Shown here: positions 13,977-39,280 of the stretch, piece by piece
Layout: the number at the start of each line of letters is the position of its first letter
Position numbering within the stretch: the stretch's first letter is position 1
Origin: Chrysomallon squamiferum
Taxonomy: Eukaryota > Animalia > Mollusca
Assembly: GCA_012295275.1 (NCBI GenBank)
Contig: CM022671.1
Span: 35,836,001 to 35,900,000 of the forward strand
DNA length: 64,000 nt
Direction: 5' to 3'
Notes under the pieces: model-generated
What the model saw: the letters and a program-made list of their open reading frames with translations, nothing else
The model's database searches: none
What the model was told of the DNA's origin: nothing
Program-made: the position numbers and the translations under genes

Positions 13977-15548
13977 TTGTTTTATAAACACAACGTATTG
14001 TCAGTTATCAGCTTTCTGTGTAACGACGTGCAGACAAAGTACGATTTGTTTTATAAACACAACGTATTGTCAGTTATCAGCTTTCTGTGTAACGACGTGC
14101 AGACAAAGTACGATTTGTTTTATAAACACAACGTATTGTCAGTTATCAGCTTTCTGTGTAACGACGTGCAGACAAAGTACGATTTGTTTTATAAACACAA
14201 CGTATTGTCAGTTATCAGCTTTCTGTGTAACGACGTGCAGACAAAGTACGATTTGTTTTATAAACACAACGTATTGTCAGTTATCAGCTTTCTGTGTAAC
14301 GACGTGCAGACAAAGTACGATTTGTTTTATAAACAAACGTATTGTCAGTTATCAGCTTTCTGTGTAACGACGTGCAGACAAAGTACGATTTGTTTTATAA
14401 ACACAACGTATTGTCAGTTATCAGCTTTCTGTGTAACGACGTGCAGACAAAGTACGATTTGTTTTATAAACACAACGTATTGTCAGTTATCAGCTGTGTA
14501 ACGACGTGCAGACTGATTTGTTTTATAAACACAAATTGTCAGTTATCAGCTTTCTGTGTAACGACGTGCAGACAAAGTACGATTTGTTTTATAAACACAA
14601 CGTATTGTCAGTTATCAGCTTTCTGTGAAACGACGTGCAGACAAAGTACGATTTGTTTTATAAACACAACGTATTGTCAGTTATCAGCTTTCTGTGTAAC
14701 GACGTGCAGACAAAGTACGATTTGTTTTATAAACACAACGTATTGTCAGTTATCGATTTCTGTTTGCAGACAAAGTACGATTTGTTTTATAAACACAACG
14801 TATTGTCAGTTATCAGCTTTCTGTGTAACGACGTGCAGACAAAGTACGATTTGTTTTATAAACACAACGTATTGTCAGTTATCAGCTTTCTGTGTAACGA
14901 CGTGCAGACAAAGTACGATTTGTTTTATAAACACAACGTATTGTCAGTTATCAGCTTTCTGTGTAACGACGTGCAGACAAAGTACGATTTGTTTTATAAA
15001 CACAACGTATTGTCAGTTATCAGCTTTCTGTGTAACGACGTGCAGACAAAGTACGATTTGTTTTATAAACACAACGTATTGTCAGTTATCAGCTTTCTGT
15101 GTAACGACGTGCAGACAAAGTACGATTTGTTTTATAAACACAACGTATTGTCAGTTATCAGCTTTCTGTGTAACGATGTGCAGACAAAGTACGATTTGTT
15201 TTATAAACACAACGTATTTTCAATTATCAGCTTTCTGTGTAACGATGTGCAGACAAAGTACGATTTGTTTTATAAACACAACGTATTGTCAGTTATCAGC
15301 TTTCTGTGTAACGATGTGCAGACAAAGTACGATTTGTTTTATAAACACAACGTATTGTCAATTATCAGCTTTCTGTGTAACAACGTGCAGACAAAGTACG
15401 ATTTGTTTTATAAACACAACGTATTGTCAATTATCAGCTTTCTGTGTAACAATGTGCAGACAAAGTACGATTTGTTTTATAAACACAACGTATTGTCAAT
15501 TATCAGCTTTCTGTGTAACGATGTGCAGACAAAGTACAATTTGTTTTT
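13977..15548. repeat. 69-bp minisatellite, ~23 highly homogeneous copies
   Basis: Head-to-tail unit gttttataaacacaacgtattgtcagttatcagctttctgtgtaacgacgtgcagacaaagtacgattt with no spacers; 23-aa periodicity in the ORF track. Confidence 0.97.
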
Positions 15549-15676
15549 CTGGTCAGTGACGCCAACAGCCTCATTATGTCACTACAGGACATTTTCATTG
15601 TTTATTATTATTATTTCTGTTGTTGTGTTTGTCGTCATTGTTTTTGTCGTCGTCGTCGTCGTCGTTGTTGTTGTTG

Positions 15677-15723
<47 letters not shown>

Positions 15724-16094
15724 GCTAATGTTAATGTTCATTGTTTTTATCTCAATCTAAACCAAGTTCATAAGTTTTATAAATTATTTAACTCCAAGAA
15801 ACCTGGTGTCCTCAGAAAACTTTGAACTTTCTGTAACCTAATCGTGAATGTTTTCAAATCATCTGGCTGATATACTGATATATTGTATATGTTCTATTAT
15901 TATGTACATTATTGTAAATCCGCGATCTAATTATACGTGTTACAGGTATATTTAGTTTTGTATCTGTGAATCCTCATATGTTGAGTGCAAATAAAGTTCA
16001 GTTCTTATTATTGTTTGTTGCTGTTGTTGTTGTTGTTGTTGTTGTATGAACAGTCTTCATTGTTATTCTTATTTTTCAGGTGATATTTAAAAAC

Positions 16095-16819
16095 ATGAGT
16101 GTGAACTTTATTATCAAGTTTCTTTTTGTTTCTGTAGGTGAGTGAACATAATAATTTCGTCATTCACTGAAATTATCTTTTATTACCATTACTACCTCTA
16201 CAACAACGTCAGCGTATACTACTACTGCTACAAATACTTTTACTTTTTTACCATTGCTACAACAGCTATAGTTACTATATCTTTTATAATTTCAACTTAT
16301 ACAAATACTATTATTAAAACTACTACTTAAATACTACTACACTACTACTGCTGTTACTACTACTACTTCTTCTCACTACTCTAACAACTATTATTACGAT
16401 AATTACTATCTCAAATAATATTTTATTATTTTTATTATTATATTCATCATCATTATCGTTATTGTCATGGTTATTGTTATTATTGTTGTTATTGTTGTTA
16501 TCGTTGTTACTGGCACTGTTGTAGATGTTGATGTTGCTGTTTTACAGTACTACTGGTAGGGGTGCGTGCTGGCTGTGATGTTGCTGCTTGTGTTGAGACA
16601 TACACAGATCAGTGTCAGACAGCAGTTGACAAACTGCAGAGAGACGCGTAAATCTATTTTTACTTACTTACTTACTTATTTACTTACTTATTTACTTACT
16701 TATTTACTTATTTATTTATTTATTTATTTACTTATTTATTTATTTACTTATTTACTTATTTATTTATTTATTTATTTACTTACTTATTTACTTACTTATT
16801 TACTTACTTATTTACTTAC

Positions 16820-16870
<51 letters not shown>

Positions 16871-17605
16871 CTTATTTATTTATTTACTTATTTATTTACT
16901 TATTTATTTATTTATTTACTTATTTATTTATTTATTTATTTATTTATATATTTATATATTTATTTATTTATTTATTTATTTATTTATTATTATTATTAAT
17001 ATTATTATTTTCACTCAGACTCAGTAGATTTTATTTTATTGTTATTAGTTTTTTTTAATAAACTTAAAGTGGTTTTTTATTCAATTTAGTTTGTTGAGAT
17101 ATTTAGAATTAATTAAATGTACTACGTATTTACCCATTGTACTATGTTAAAACTATTGTACTCCTATTTTGTGTGTACTACCACTGTAACACTGGAAGTA
17201 CTACTGGAATATGTTACTAACACTAGTCTAGTATTACTAGTTTTACTATTAGTAACACCATTACTACTTCAGTATCCAGCTATCTCTAGTTTTACAACGA
17301 CAACAGCGACAACAACAACAACTACTACCACTACTTCTGCTACTAGTGTTACTATCACTATTATTATTATTACTACCACAATTATTATTATTATTATTAT
17401 TGTTTTTGTTGTTGTTGCTGTTGTTGTTATTGTTATTGCTGTTGTTGTTGATGTTGTTGTTGTTGTTAAGTGATGAGACATTCGTTGCAGTGCGAAAGTG
17501 AACTATGAAAAGTGTTTGAAGTTGGCTCTGTACTGTGCGTACTTTACTGCGTCTGACAGATCAGAAGTATACGATCTCATCTCTGACACCCAGTCTTGTA
17601 AGTAA

Positions 17606-17681
<76 letters not shown>

Positions 17682-17813
17682 TTTTTCATATCGTTATATT
17701 AAAAACAATGTCTAAAAATAGGAGTGTAATATCTTACATTGTTTTATTTACTTTGTACAGGTGACAAAGTACTGACCAGTTTGGCAACTGTCTGGGGCAG
17801 TGAAGGTAGCGTA

Positions 17814-17858
<45 letters not shown>

Positions 17859-18668
17859 GCTACTGCTGCTACTACTACTACTACTACTACTACTATTACT
17901 ACTACTATTACTACTACTATTACAACTACTACTACTATCATTACCATTGCTATTACTACAACTACTAATGCTATCGTTACTAATGCTATTACTATTACTA
18001 CTACTACTACTACTATTAAAACTACTTGTACTATTATTCCTACTATTCCTACTATTAATACTACTTCAACTATTATTACTAATACTATTACTATTAAGAC
18101 TACTACTACCTTACTACTACTACTACTATTATCTCTATTACTACTATTGGTGTTTCTATTACAACTATTATAACTGTCGTTCTTTCTTTTGTGAATATAA
18201 ATTTAACTGCTTACTAAATTCATCTCACATCGTTTAAAAAAAACTGCAAAGAAACGTTCTTTACACACTACAATGAAACAAACATTTAAAAACAAAGAAA
18301 AAAGTAAAAGTTACTGATGAATAAATAAGAACGTTACAACGAAGTCGTAAATAAGTTCGCTGTAAGCTGAATACTCATTGATATTTGACGTGACGTAGAC
18401 AATGATATGTTGACAGTCTCGCGATACTCAAAGCTGTTCGCTAGAAAACACGACTGTGGAAATGTCTGTGTATGCGTGAGGTGAGGAAGTGTCGCAATAA
18501 ATAAACTGTTAAACGGCTGAGTTCACTGACACGTTTGTATCTGGAAAAGGCGGTGGTGTGTTCATCACGGAGAGGATCCAGTGTCAGAAGGGGGGAGGGG
18601 GTGAGGGTTGCTCTATAGTTGTCAGTGAATTTAACATTCATTACAAACAAAACAGAAATAGAAAAATT

Positions 18669-18755
<87 letters not shown>

Positions 18756-20470
18756 TCATATTAGTTTTAAATATTCTGGGATTGTGCTGTAATCTTTTAA
18801 TTAAAAGCTGAATAAACGAACAAACAGAACAAGAATAAATAAACAAACAAAAAAATAAATAAATAAATTAACAAACAGAACAAAAATAAACGAACGAACA
18901 AACAAACAAACAAACAAGCAAATTCATTAATAGATCTTAGTGAGTAAGAGAAGGAAAGAAGAAAGATAGAATGAAAGAAAACATAAATGAATTGTAATGT
19001 ACGCAGCGTCAAGGTCTGTTGAGAGGTAAAATATTTCTTTTCTCTCTGACCACTGGTCAAAAATCCCGACTCACAAATACAGGCTTTGTGACTGTACATA
19101 TCATTCTGAAAAATTATCGTAAATTATTAGCGACATTTATAACCAGTGTTTAAAATATTTTCTGCACTAAAGTAAAATTAAACATGTTTGTATATTAAAT
19201 TTTCAAAAACTGGTCGATTCCTTCTAAACAGGAAATTAAAGATCGGTTGAAAAGGGCGTTTTTAAAACCTCTCAATACAACAACGTGTTACTGTTGTAAG
19301 TAAAGATAAACGTCACGCAAGAAAGCTTCGTTAATTATGACGTCAAACGTTTTGCTAGGTAACGTCGTTAATGACGTAATAACTGCATCACGTGATTATT
19401 GAATTTTTACGTTCATTTTACATTCAAAATCTTGCAGTTCATACAAAACTTAGGCTGCTAATAAAACTAACTTGTTTTACAAGGGTGTACGATGTCTAAA
19501 TCCTGTCTTGATAATTCTGCAGATAGAAATATTTTCTGATGAAGTTAGACTCGTCTTTCCCGACGTTGCGACGCTTTGTACTAATTGTACTATAATTATT
19601 TTCTATCATTATTTTCAGTACCAAAACAAGTGGTGACGTTGATGACGTCATCGCCGTGTGTTGTTCGTGGTGAGACGTGTTCGGGAAATGTTTCCAGTAA
19701 ATTCAACCCGCCTGACGCTTGGCGACTAAACACGAAACAGTAAGTTATTTAACACAAAGCTTAGCAGAACATCCAACAGCTATACAAAGTTAAAAAACAG
19801 ACAAACAAACAAACAAAACAAACAACTACAACAACATCAATTTACAATTCATCATCAGGATAAAAAGAAATAACGGGATACTGCCTTAAGATATCAGTTT
19901 TATCTTTCTCAGGTGGCGTGGATCTAGGGAACTCGGCATAGCCTCGCTGCATAACGGCATTGTTATCTTCGCCGATTACTGCAGATTACTTAAGACAATA
20001 ACAAGTATTTACATATATGTGTGACTATATAGTTTTATTATTACTTACTTATTTATCTATTTTATTTTACTTCAGCTACACTGAATGTATTTGTAATAGC
20101 AAGGAAAAGACGTACTGGTGTATTTTAGAAGTCTCGGCGTTTTCCAAACTGAATTTTGACCCGTCCGGCAACATTGCACAGTCCCTCGTCCTGTACTGGG
20201 ACCATCAAGTAAAAAGTTAGTCTACCAGTTTCATAATTACATACTGGAACTTTATAATAACAGTGATATTACTAATTACAGAACTGTTTACTGAGACTAT
20301 GAAAAAATATAAGATTAATAGATTAATAATAAAACATAATCCTGACAATTATTTAATTTATGTATAATTACAATAAATAAATAAAAAGATAATGACTGAA
20401 AATAATAATAGCGATATCTGTAAGTGTATGTATGTATGTATGTATGTATGTATGTATGTATGTATGTATG

Positions 20471-20518
<48 letters not shown>

Positions 20519-21033
20519 TATGCATTATAATGACCACATCTGTAATACTGTATTTTTTTTTTTTTTTTTTTTTTATTAAAAAAAAAAAATTGTTCCTAAT
20601 CGATGTAATAATATATTTAAATGAATGTTTTTGAACATCTATTTTAAGATGTTTTTTTTTAAAAAATTTTTTATAACATCTTCTTCTTTCTGACAGTTGC
20701 TGATTGCTTCCTTTTTTCGGTTTCTATGATTCGATGTCACTTCCTGTACCGAATCGTTGTGTTTCCTGATCAAAGGAAAGATTACACACCGTACATCGAC
20801 GAGAGGAGACGAACATCAGAACAGACAGACGGATGCAGGTAAAACACTTTCTCATAAACAGGTCTGATAAATAAAACTAAAACTCTTTACTGAATTTCAT
20901 AAATATATGTAAAAATAGCAGCTATTTACTGATAACAATTTTAATAAAAGGATTATGATAATAGATTGTAGATAAAACAATATTTGTTTTTTGCTGATAA
21001 GAACTTAAAAAGAATTCTGGTTATTGCGGATTA

Positions 21034-21064
<31 letters not shown>

Positions 21065-21650
21065 ATGATTATCTACGATATCATCTACATCATATTCTCG
21101 AAATAACGTTAAGCACCTAATTCATTTTCCGTTCAAAACAATGCTCCAAGCATAGACAAAGAGACAAATACGATTATTGGCACTCACACGTATAAGAAGA
21201 GAGTCGTGTAAAATATATTTGTGATATTAGAATCTGAAATGTTTAATTTCCATTAAAGTTCTATTAAACATAGACATACATATATACTAATGTTGTTTCA
21301 CCTACTACTGATTTTTTGAAATGTATTACACGTCACTCAGTCTGTCTGTGTGTGTGTGTTTCTGTATTTTAGAAAGTTCTGTTTCCGATACAGAAGTTTT
21401 ACTGACGCCTACAACCAACAACAAGAGCCAATGAACACATATTTTTATCAGGGTATTTCATAATTCATTATAACTTTACACACACACACCCCACACACAC
21501 ACACACACAGACACACAGACACAAACACACACAGACAGACACAGACACACACACATACGCGCGCACACACACACATTTATCAGCTGGTCAAACATCTCAT
21601 GCAGTAAATTCACTTTCTTCTCGTATATAAATTGCTCAACAGATATTAAA

Positions 21651-21716
<66 letters not shown>

Positions 21717-22370
21717 AACTATTATTTCCACTACTATTACTACTACTAATAATGATAATAATAAACATTTATATCTGTCTGTCTCTGTCTCTCTTTGACA
21801 TTTTTTGAGTCGCATGTTTCTCGTTGTTTTTTCTTTTTACTGCTTTACACCTCTCTGTCGTTCTAAAACACTGAACAGTTACAATGAACTGCAGCAATAT
21901 TTATATATTTATATATTTATATATTTATATATTTGTTAGCGGTTAACAAAACGTGTCGACAAGTCACCAGTTCTAACACGACGGCACATACAACGTTGGT
22001 CACGACACATACGACGTTGGTCAGGACACACACAACGTGGATCACTGGAACGAACGGAACAGGTAATACGACTTATATATAAAAAGTCGAAAGTCGCTGA
22101 TTTCTGCTTCTGTCCAGCAGGGGAGATAAACACTGTCACAGCCAGCATCCGCAGTTAACTGTTATACACGTCAGATACAGCTGGATCAGATTAACTGTGT
22201 CGTTAATCTTTTATTTCAGACGCGAGCGGCGCCAAGGGAGATAATACTTTCATGATTGTTGGAATCGCTGTTGGTGCTTTTCTTGTCGTCATGTCTGTTA
22301 TTGTGATCGGCGTTTGGTGTTGCCGACATCGTCGTAGAAGCAGGTAAGTAAAAGTAAACTAGATAAAAAA

Positions 22371-22401
<31 letters not shown>

Positions 22402-22998
22402 AAGATAAAATAAAATATTTAAAATAAAAAACAGATATCAGAAAGTGCTGTTCATTTACATCCTTCTGTATTAAAAAAACGTATGGTTTTATAAAGTGAC
22501 TCTCGCTCAGGTTTGATCATTGTGTAATCTGTTTTTCCTTTCAGACTCTGTGAAGAGAAGTTTCACTATGAGAATAAAACGATCATCCGTCAAGACTCAC
22601 ACACGTATGACGACATAAATGAACCTGTGAGTGACATAACCTCGTTAACCTCACAGTGACTTTATCTGACACAACCTAACAGTGACTTTATCTGACACAA
22701 CCTCACAGAGACTTTTATCTAACACAACCTCACAGTGACTTTATCTGATACAACCTCACAGTGACTTTATCTGACACAACCTCACAGTGACTTTATCTGA
22801 CACAACCTCACAGTGACTTTATCTAACACAACCTAACAGTGACTTTATCTGACACAACCTCACAGTGACTTTATCTGACACAACCTAACAGTGACTTTAT
22901 CTGACACAACCTCACATAGTCTATTTCAGTACATTTCTAGCACGATTTCATATATAACATTATATACAAAACTGATACAACCAAATCATAGAGAATAG

Positions 22999-23036
<38 letters not shown>

Positions 23037-23108
23037 ATTATTGTTAGCATCGTGTTGTTATTGATGTTGTCTACGTATTATCGTCATTCTCATCATCATC
23101 ATCATCAC

Positions 23109-23141
<33 letters not shown>

Positions 23142-23428
23142 AGATGTATGTAAACATTTCTGACGTCCACATGGTTCCTGTAAAAAGTGAAACAAAAACC
23201 GAAAACAACATCGACCACAACCTCAACATCTATAGCGTGGCTGATGACGTCGGAGACGAGTACGAAATCCCATCAGCTGCCGACGAAAAGTGTGAAACAA
23301 GTAACGAGTGTGACGAAGTGTATGACGAGCAACCGAGAGTCTACCTCGAACTCGTTCTCGAAAATTCATCAGGGGGAATAACTCCCTTTGACTACATCTA
23401 CGACGAACCGATAGAAAGCAGCACGTAG
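16095..23428 (+). CDS. Receptor A: type I membrane protein, ~463 aa, 12 coding exons
   Basis: Exons 16095-16137, 16548-16647, 17491-17597, 17761-17805, 19619-19739, 20076-20215, 20697-20838, 21373-21452, 21940-22062, 22220-22343, 22545-22626, 23144-23428 total 1392 nt, all GT-AG and phase-compatible. Signal MSVNFIIKFLFVSVVLLVGVRA; Cys-rich ectodomain; Thr stalk; TM FMIVGIAVGAFLVVMSVIVIGVWCC-RHRRR; tail YENK, YDDI, YVNI, YEIP, YLEL, YDEP. Confidence 0.85.
22647..22916. repeat. 26-bp minisatellite, ~10 copies, intronic
   Basis: Unit cacaacctcacagtgactttatctga. Confidence 0.95.
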
Positions 23429-24002
23429 TGTACGACATCAGACGACAGCGCTGATTGCGACAGTGTGGTGGTTGCGACGCGGCAACATCGACGGTGTGAC
23501 CTAAGAAGTAATGTTTGATGGAAGCTGAACTCTGCTGATTAATACAAATACACACCGTAACCGGGTTTGACGTTTGAACTTACTGCAGACTGTTTTGTTC
23601 ACGGCGTTTGTCTGGAGTTAGGAGTGTGTGTGTAAAATACTGCGTTTTATATCTGTACACAGCGCTTTAAAGCTAGGACTGTATCTGTACGCGAAATGTT
23701 GCATTGTGTATTACACGAATTTCACACAGATCATTTTTTATAATATAATTTTGGATAGATTTGTGTAAATGAAATACAGTCTGTTTAAGAAAGAATGATA
23801 TTTATTCAGAGAAGTACAGCGCCATTTACAGATGTTTTTTTTTAAATTGTTATTACACTACAGTGTCGAATGTTAGAAGTAAATATATATTATTAGAATA
23901 CTATAAATGTCAGACGCTATTATTATCATCATCATCATCATCATCTAACCATCATTATCATCATAATATGATGATGATTATGTCATTATTAATTTTCTTA
24001 TT

Positions 24003-24034
<32 letters not shown>

Positions 24035-24245
24035 TTTCATCATCATAATCACTATTTTTATTAAAACTATATATTTAACTGTGCTAATAAAGTGGATTTT
24101 TGAGATAGTTTTACACTCTGGTTTTGCTTTCTGTAACTAAATCTGATTTCTTTGTAGTAGAACTTGAAGTAATAGTGGCAATAGTAGAAATAGTCGAATG
24201 AATAACAACAACAATAATATCAGTATCAACATCAACAACAACAGT

Positions 24246-24284
<39 letters not shown>

Positions 24285-24531
24285 AATCATATTATTATTA
24301 TTATTATTATTATTATATTATTATATTGTGGATGTTTTATAAGATTTATTTGACAGAGTAAAATTCCACAGAGAAACATAAGAAAGTAGTAAATAAAAAC
24401 TAAATTTAATGATAGTAAAATCATTAGTGAATGAGTTTCTTGCGATGTTAGTAATCAACGAGCAATGTGTGTGAAGGGAAACAACTCTGTAAAAACAGAC
24501 CCATCCTGCCTAAGGCTCGGCTAATAAACTG

Positions 24532-24566
<35 letters not shown>

Positions 24567-24844
24567 ATATTTTAAATTGATACTTGTCAAATACCGATGA
24601 AAGAAGAAAGTGAAAGTGATTTATGCTGAGATGAAGAAGGAATGAGTGCGTGCGTAATCAAGCCACATTCTAACTCTGTGCATGCTGTTTACAAGAAAAG
24701 AAACCCTTCCAATAGTTAATGAACAGCGTCGTTTCTGTGCGTATCTCTGTATTCAGGAGAGGACATAACATCATCGTTCGTGTGTTATATTTAGGTACTC
24801 ATTTTCAGAGACAGGAGAGGTCATCACTGGACACTGGCTGGTAC

Positions 24845-24900
24845 GGGAAACTGGGCGTGGCCACGTGATGTGGTCACGTGATCTATCAGGCCCGAGGCAG
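24845..24900. promoter_or_regulatory. Putative promoter/enhancer upstream of gene B
   Basis: gggcgtggc (GC box-like) followed by two CACGTG E-boxes. Confidence 0.35.
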
Positions 24901-25248
24901 TGACTGTGAAACCACTGATGTAAAATCCGCTCCTTACAAATTTAGACGTTACTAATAAACAAATGTCACAAACTGTGATGCTAACTCTCCCGTTTTATTT
25001 TTAATTTTTTTTTCTTCACGTGCAGTTGTATATCGATGAGTAGAACGAGAGGATGTTGCTATGGTAACGATGATTTATTTTTATTGTGGATGTAATTGAT
25101 TACTCTCCTACACTTTGACCTCTTCCATACGTCACACTGTGACAGCCGACTTCCGATTATTTCCTGGGAGATCGCGAAAATATAGCAAGTCACAATGACT
25201 TCATAAACCTCACCAGCGCCATCTTCCGCATGTTCATTTTGTGTACCA

Positions 25249-25357
<109 letters not shown>

Positions 25358-25517
25358 GATGTGGATGTGTGTGTGCAATATATAGCCCTACATGTAGTGG
25401 ATATAAATTTCAAAATGGTCTAAAAGTACCCACTGTAAACATAAACAAAATAGAATCAAATAAAAACAAAGGCTTTGAGTTCTATTTAAATTTTATTACA
25501 GTTCAGATTTTATTATT

Positions 25518-25589
<72 letters not shown>

Positions 25590-25670
25590 TTCGACATAAT
25601 GGACGATATTTTGGACACTTTTGATCATTTCCATATATCCCCGTAGAAAATTCCGCTCCTGCATATATAA

Positions 25671-25732
<62 letters not shown>

Positions 25733-26624
25733 CACACAAACACACACACACGCACTTACACCCACATACACAGACACACATACACACCCATACATAAACA
25801 CATATGAATTTGTTATTCTTCTTCTTCTTCTTCTTATTATTATTTTTATTGTTGTTGTTTCTTTTTTAGTGTTGATGTTATATTAATTATTTTAATTTAT
25901 ACAGTTAAAAAAAACTTACGTCTAGAAGATATGTAATTTAAACAGGCCAATCTAAATTACCTAGGATGAAATTACAATGTTTAAAAACATGGTAGCACAT
26001 TAATATTCTCCTGCTAACCATATTTAGTAACAGTTAACATTTGAAACACACACGTCACTTTAAACACACTGTGTTGTTTTCTGTTAGAACACACACACTC
26101 TCCCACCAGCACTAATACACAGAAAATAAAGGAGCAACTGGTTTGATCGGGAAAAATGTCAATGTTATGAGCTAGGAGGACGGAACTTGTCTCACACGAA
26201 ACATGAAGTAAACTCAGTAACCACTAAAACAAACATCACTGTTAAATTTTATTTTATTTTATTTTTATAACATTTTAAAAACTTTTTTATTATTATTATT
26301 ATTCTTTTTTTTTTTCTTTTTTTTTTTTTTTTCTGTTGTAATTATTATTTTACGTATCTCTTAATTAATTTAAAAAAATTCAAACTAATTTAAATGAATT
26401 ACACTTCTTGGCCGTTACCGTGGTCGTTTTGCATCGCTATTCAACTGAGTCATGTGTTACATCATCGACGTCGTTCACGTTCACTTGACGTGGTTGTCAC
26501 TTTGACGGATGAGTGCGTGGAGCTGGGCTATGCAGGCAGTGAGAGTTATTCACACACGTCAAGCAGACAGCGGCTATCTATGGTGATCAGTGTATCAGTG
26601 CTGGTCAGGATTAAACTTGTTACC

Positions 26625-36936
<10,312 letters not shown>

Positions 36937-37083
36937 TGCATGTTCAAGTACGCACGTTCTGCTTCACTGAGAGTGCAAGTGAAAATCCCGTGTCGTATGA
37001 CGTCACTAACAGTGACAAATTACAATGACTAAAGTTGAAGTGTAAAAGTTGTACATAATGCGACCATCACGGGGGGAGAAAAA

Positions 37084-37115
<32 letters not shown>

Positions 37116-37503
37116 AAATAATTAATTAGGGCTTCTGCAACTGCAAGTATGAATAGTCTGACGTCACAAAATTCTGACGTCATATCTTCTTATGTGAAAG
37201 ATAAGGGCATTATCACGCTGTGTCGTATCCTAACAACTCGTTTGATACTATGACGTCACATGTTGATAACACGTTCGATACTGATGACGTCACATGTTGA
37301 CTGATAAAGATATTGACTAATATGCATATTATTTACAACTACACGAGAAGGCAAATTCTGACACGTTGTCACTGTACACCGTTAAAATTATTAAGACTGC
37401 AACATGTCACACTTTGTCATACATATAAATCCAATATATGCATACAAACATACATAGGTACGTACGTGTCTGCATGCATTCATGAGTGCATTCGTGCATA
37501 CAC

Positions 37504-37554
<51 letters not shown>

Positions 37555-37719
37555 TATATATATATACAGTCACGCACCAAGAAAGAACAAACACATTACT
37601 AGGATTACTGTGACATGGACAGTAATCCAAGCCACATCGAGTCATCGTAATACTTCTATTACGAATTCTCGAACATTCTACAAAGAACTTTGTCTTACAT
37701 TGTACGATCTGTTATATGA

Positions 37720-37832
<113 letters not shown>

Positions 37833-38599
37833 ACTTATCTATTGCTTTGGGTAACTACAACGTGACAGTAACTGATGCGTTAAAAAATTAGCCAGTAGAC
37901 ACGTTCGCAAAAAAAAAAAAAGAGACGTAATATCAGAGTAGCAACCTTTCAATGACAACACGGGGTATGGTTTTTCATACACAGAAAATCCGTCCTGGAG
38001 ATTTTATGACAGGGAGAACTCCTGAAGTGAGACATGGTAGACAACACAAAACAAAGTATGAAAACATCTATATACAGACACACACATGCGCGCACGTACA
38101 TAAGTTCACTCGGATACACATAACAGTTCAATACAAATACGCAAAGATATCAAGAATATGTGTGCGTATAGCATGTATATGTATATAACATTTACGATTA
38201 TTATAGTTTACATTTGTATATACGTCATATCATGTTTTGTTTTCTTAAAATATAGAATGGTTTGTCTTGAGTTTAACTAAAATGTAATTTATTATTTTGT
38301 TATTATAAATATTTATAATAATGAAGATATTCTGAATACGAATGTTGAGTACAGAGAATGTTGAATCGTGTTTATATCACACTGTTTTGCACTAATAAAT
38401 ATTTGTCATTTTGCGTTTCTGGTTTTTTAATTAATTTATCAATTGTTCTATCTTTTTTCTTCTTTCTGTCTTTCTATATACTTTCATCCATTCGTCTTTC
38501 CATTAATCATTTCATGCATTCGTCTATCTAATTGTTTGTGTTTCTATCTATATATTTATATGTCTGTCCCCTCTGTCCGTCTATCTGTTTGTCTGTGTG

Positions 38600-38715
38600 T
38601 ATGTATGTATGTATGTATGTATGTATGTATGTATGTATGTATGTATGTATGTATGTATGTATGTATACGTATGTATGTATGTATGTATGTATAAATGTAT
38701 GTATGTGTATGTATG

Positions 38716-38749
<34 letters not shown>

Positions 38750-38949
38750 TGTATGTATGTATAAATGTATGTATGTATGTATGTATGTATGTATGTATGT
38801 ATGTATGTATGTATGTATGTATGTATGTATGTATGTATGTATGTATGTATGTATGTATGTATGTATGTATGTATGTATGTATGTATATATGTATGTATAT
38901 ATATATGTGTATGTATATATATATATATATGTATGTATGTATGTATATA

Positions 38950-38985
<36 letters not shown>

Positions 38986-39072
38986 TGTATGTATGTATGT
39001 ATATATATATGTATGTATGTACTACGTATGTATATATATATGTATGTATGTATGTGTGTGTATGTATATATA

Positions 39073-39108
<36 letters not shown>

Positions 39109-39280
39109 CGTATTTATGTATGTGTATATATATATGTATGTATGTATGTATGTACGTATGTACGTATGTACGTATGCATGTATGCATGTATGTATGTATG
39201 TATGTACGTATGTATGCATGTATGTATGTATGCATGTATGTATGTACGTATGTATGCATGCATGTATGTATGTATGTATG
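38600..39280. repeat. (TATG)n microsatellite
   Basis: Seen directly; it explains the MYVC and HTYI ORFs. Confidence 0.95.

Noticed and set aside
13941-15825. Long repeat ORFs or a CRISPR-like array
   Set aside because: Head-to-tail 69-bp units with no unique spacers, no cas genes and a eukaryotic context; the ORFs shift frame at indels.
17806-18173. Thr-rich extension of A exon 4 as a mucin stalk
   Set aside because: It is an (ACT)n microsatellite after the donor at 17805 and runs into a stop; the spliced model is complete without it.
24875-24890. 16-mer cacgtgatctatcagg shared with D's last exon (~55876)
   Set aside because: The similarity does not extend beyond the 16-mer, which contains a common E-box; treated as coincidence.
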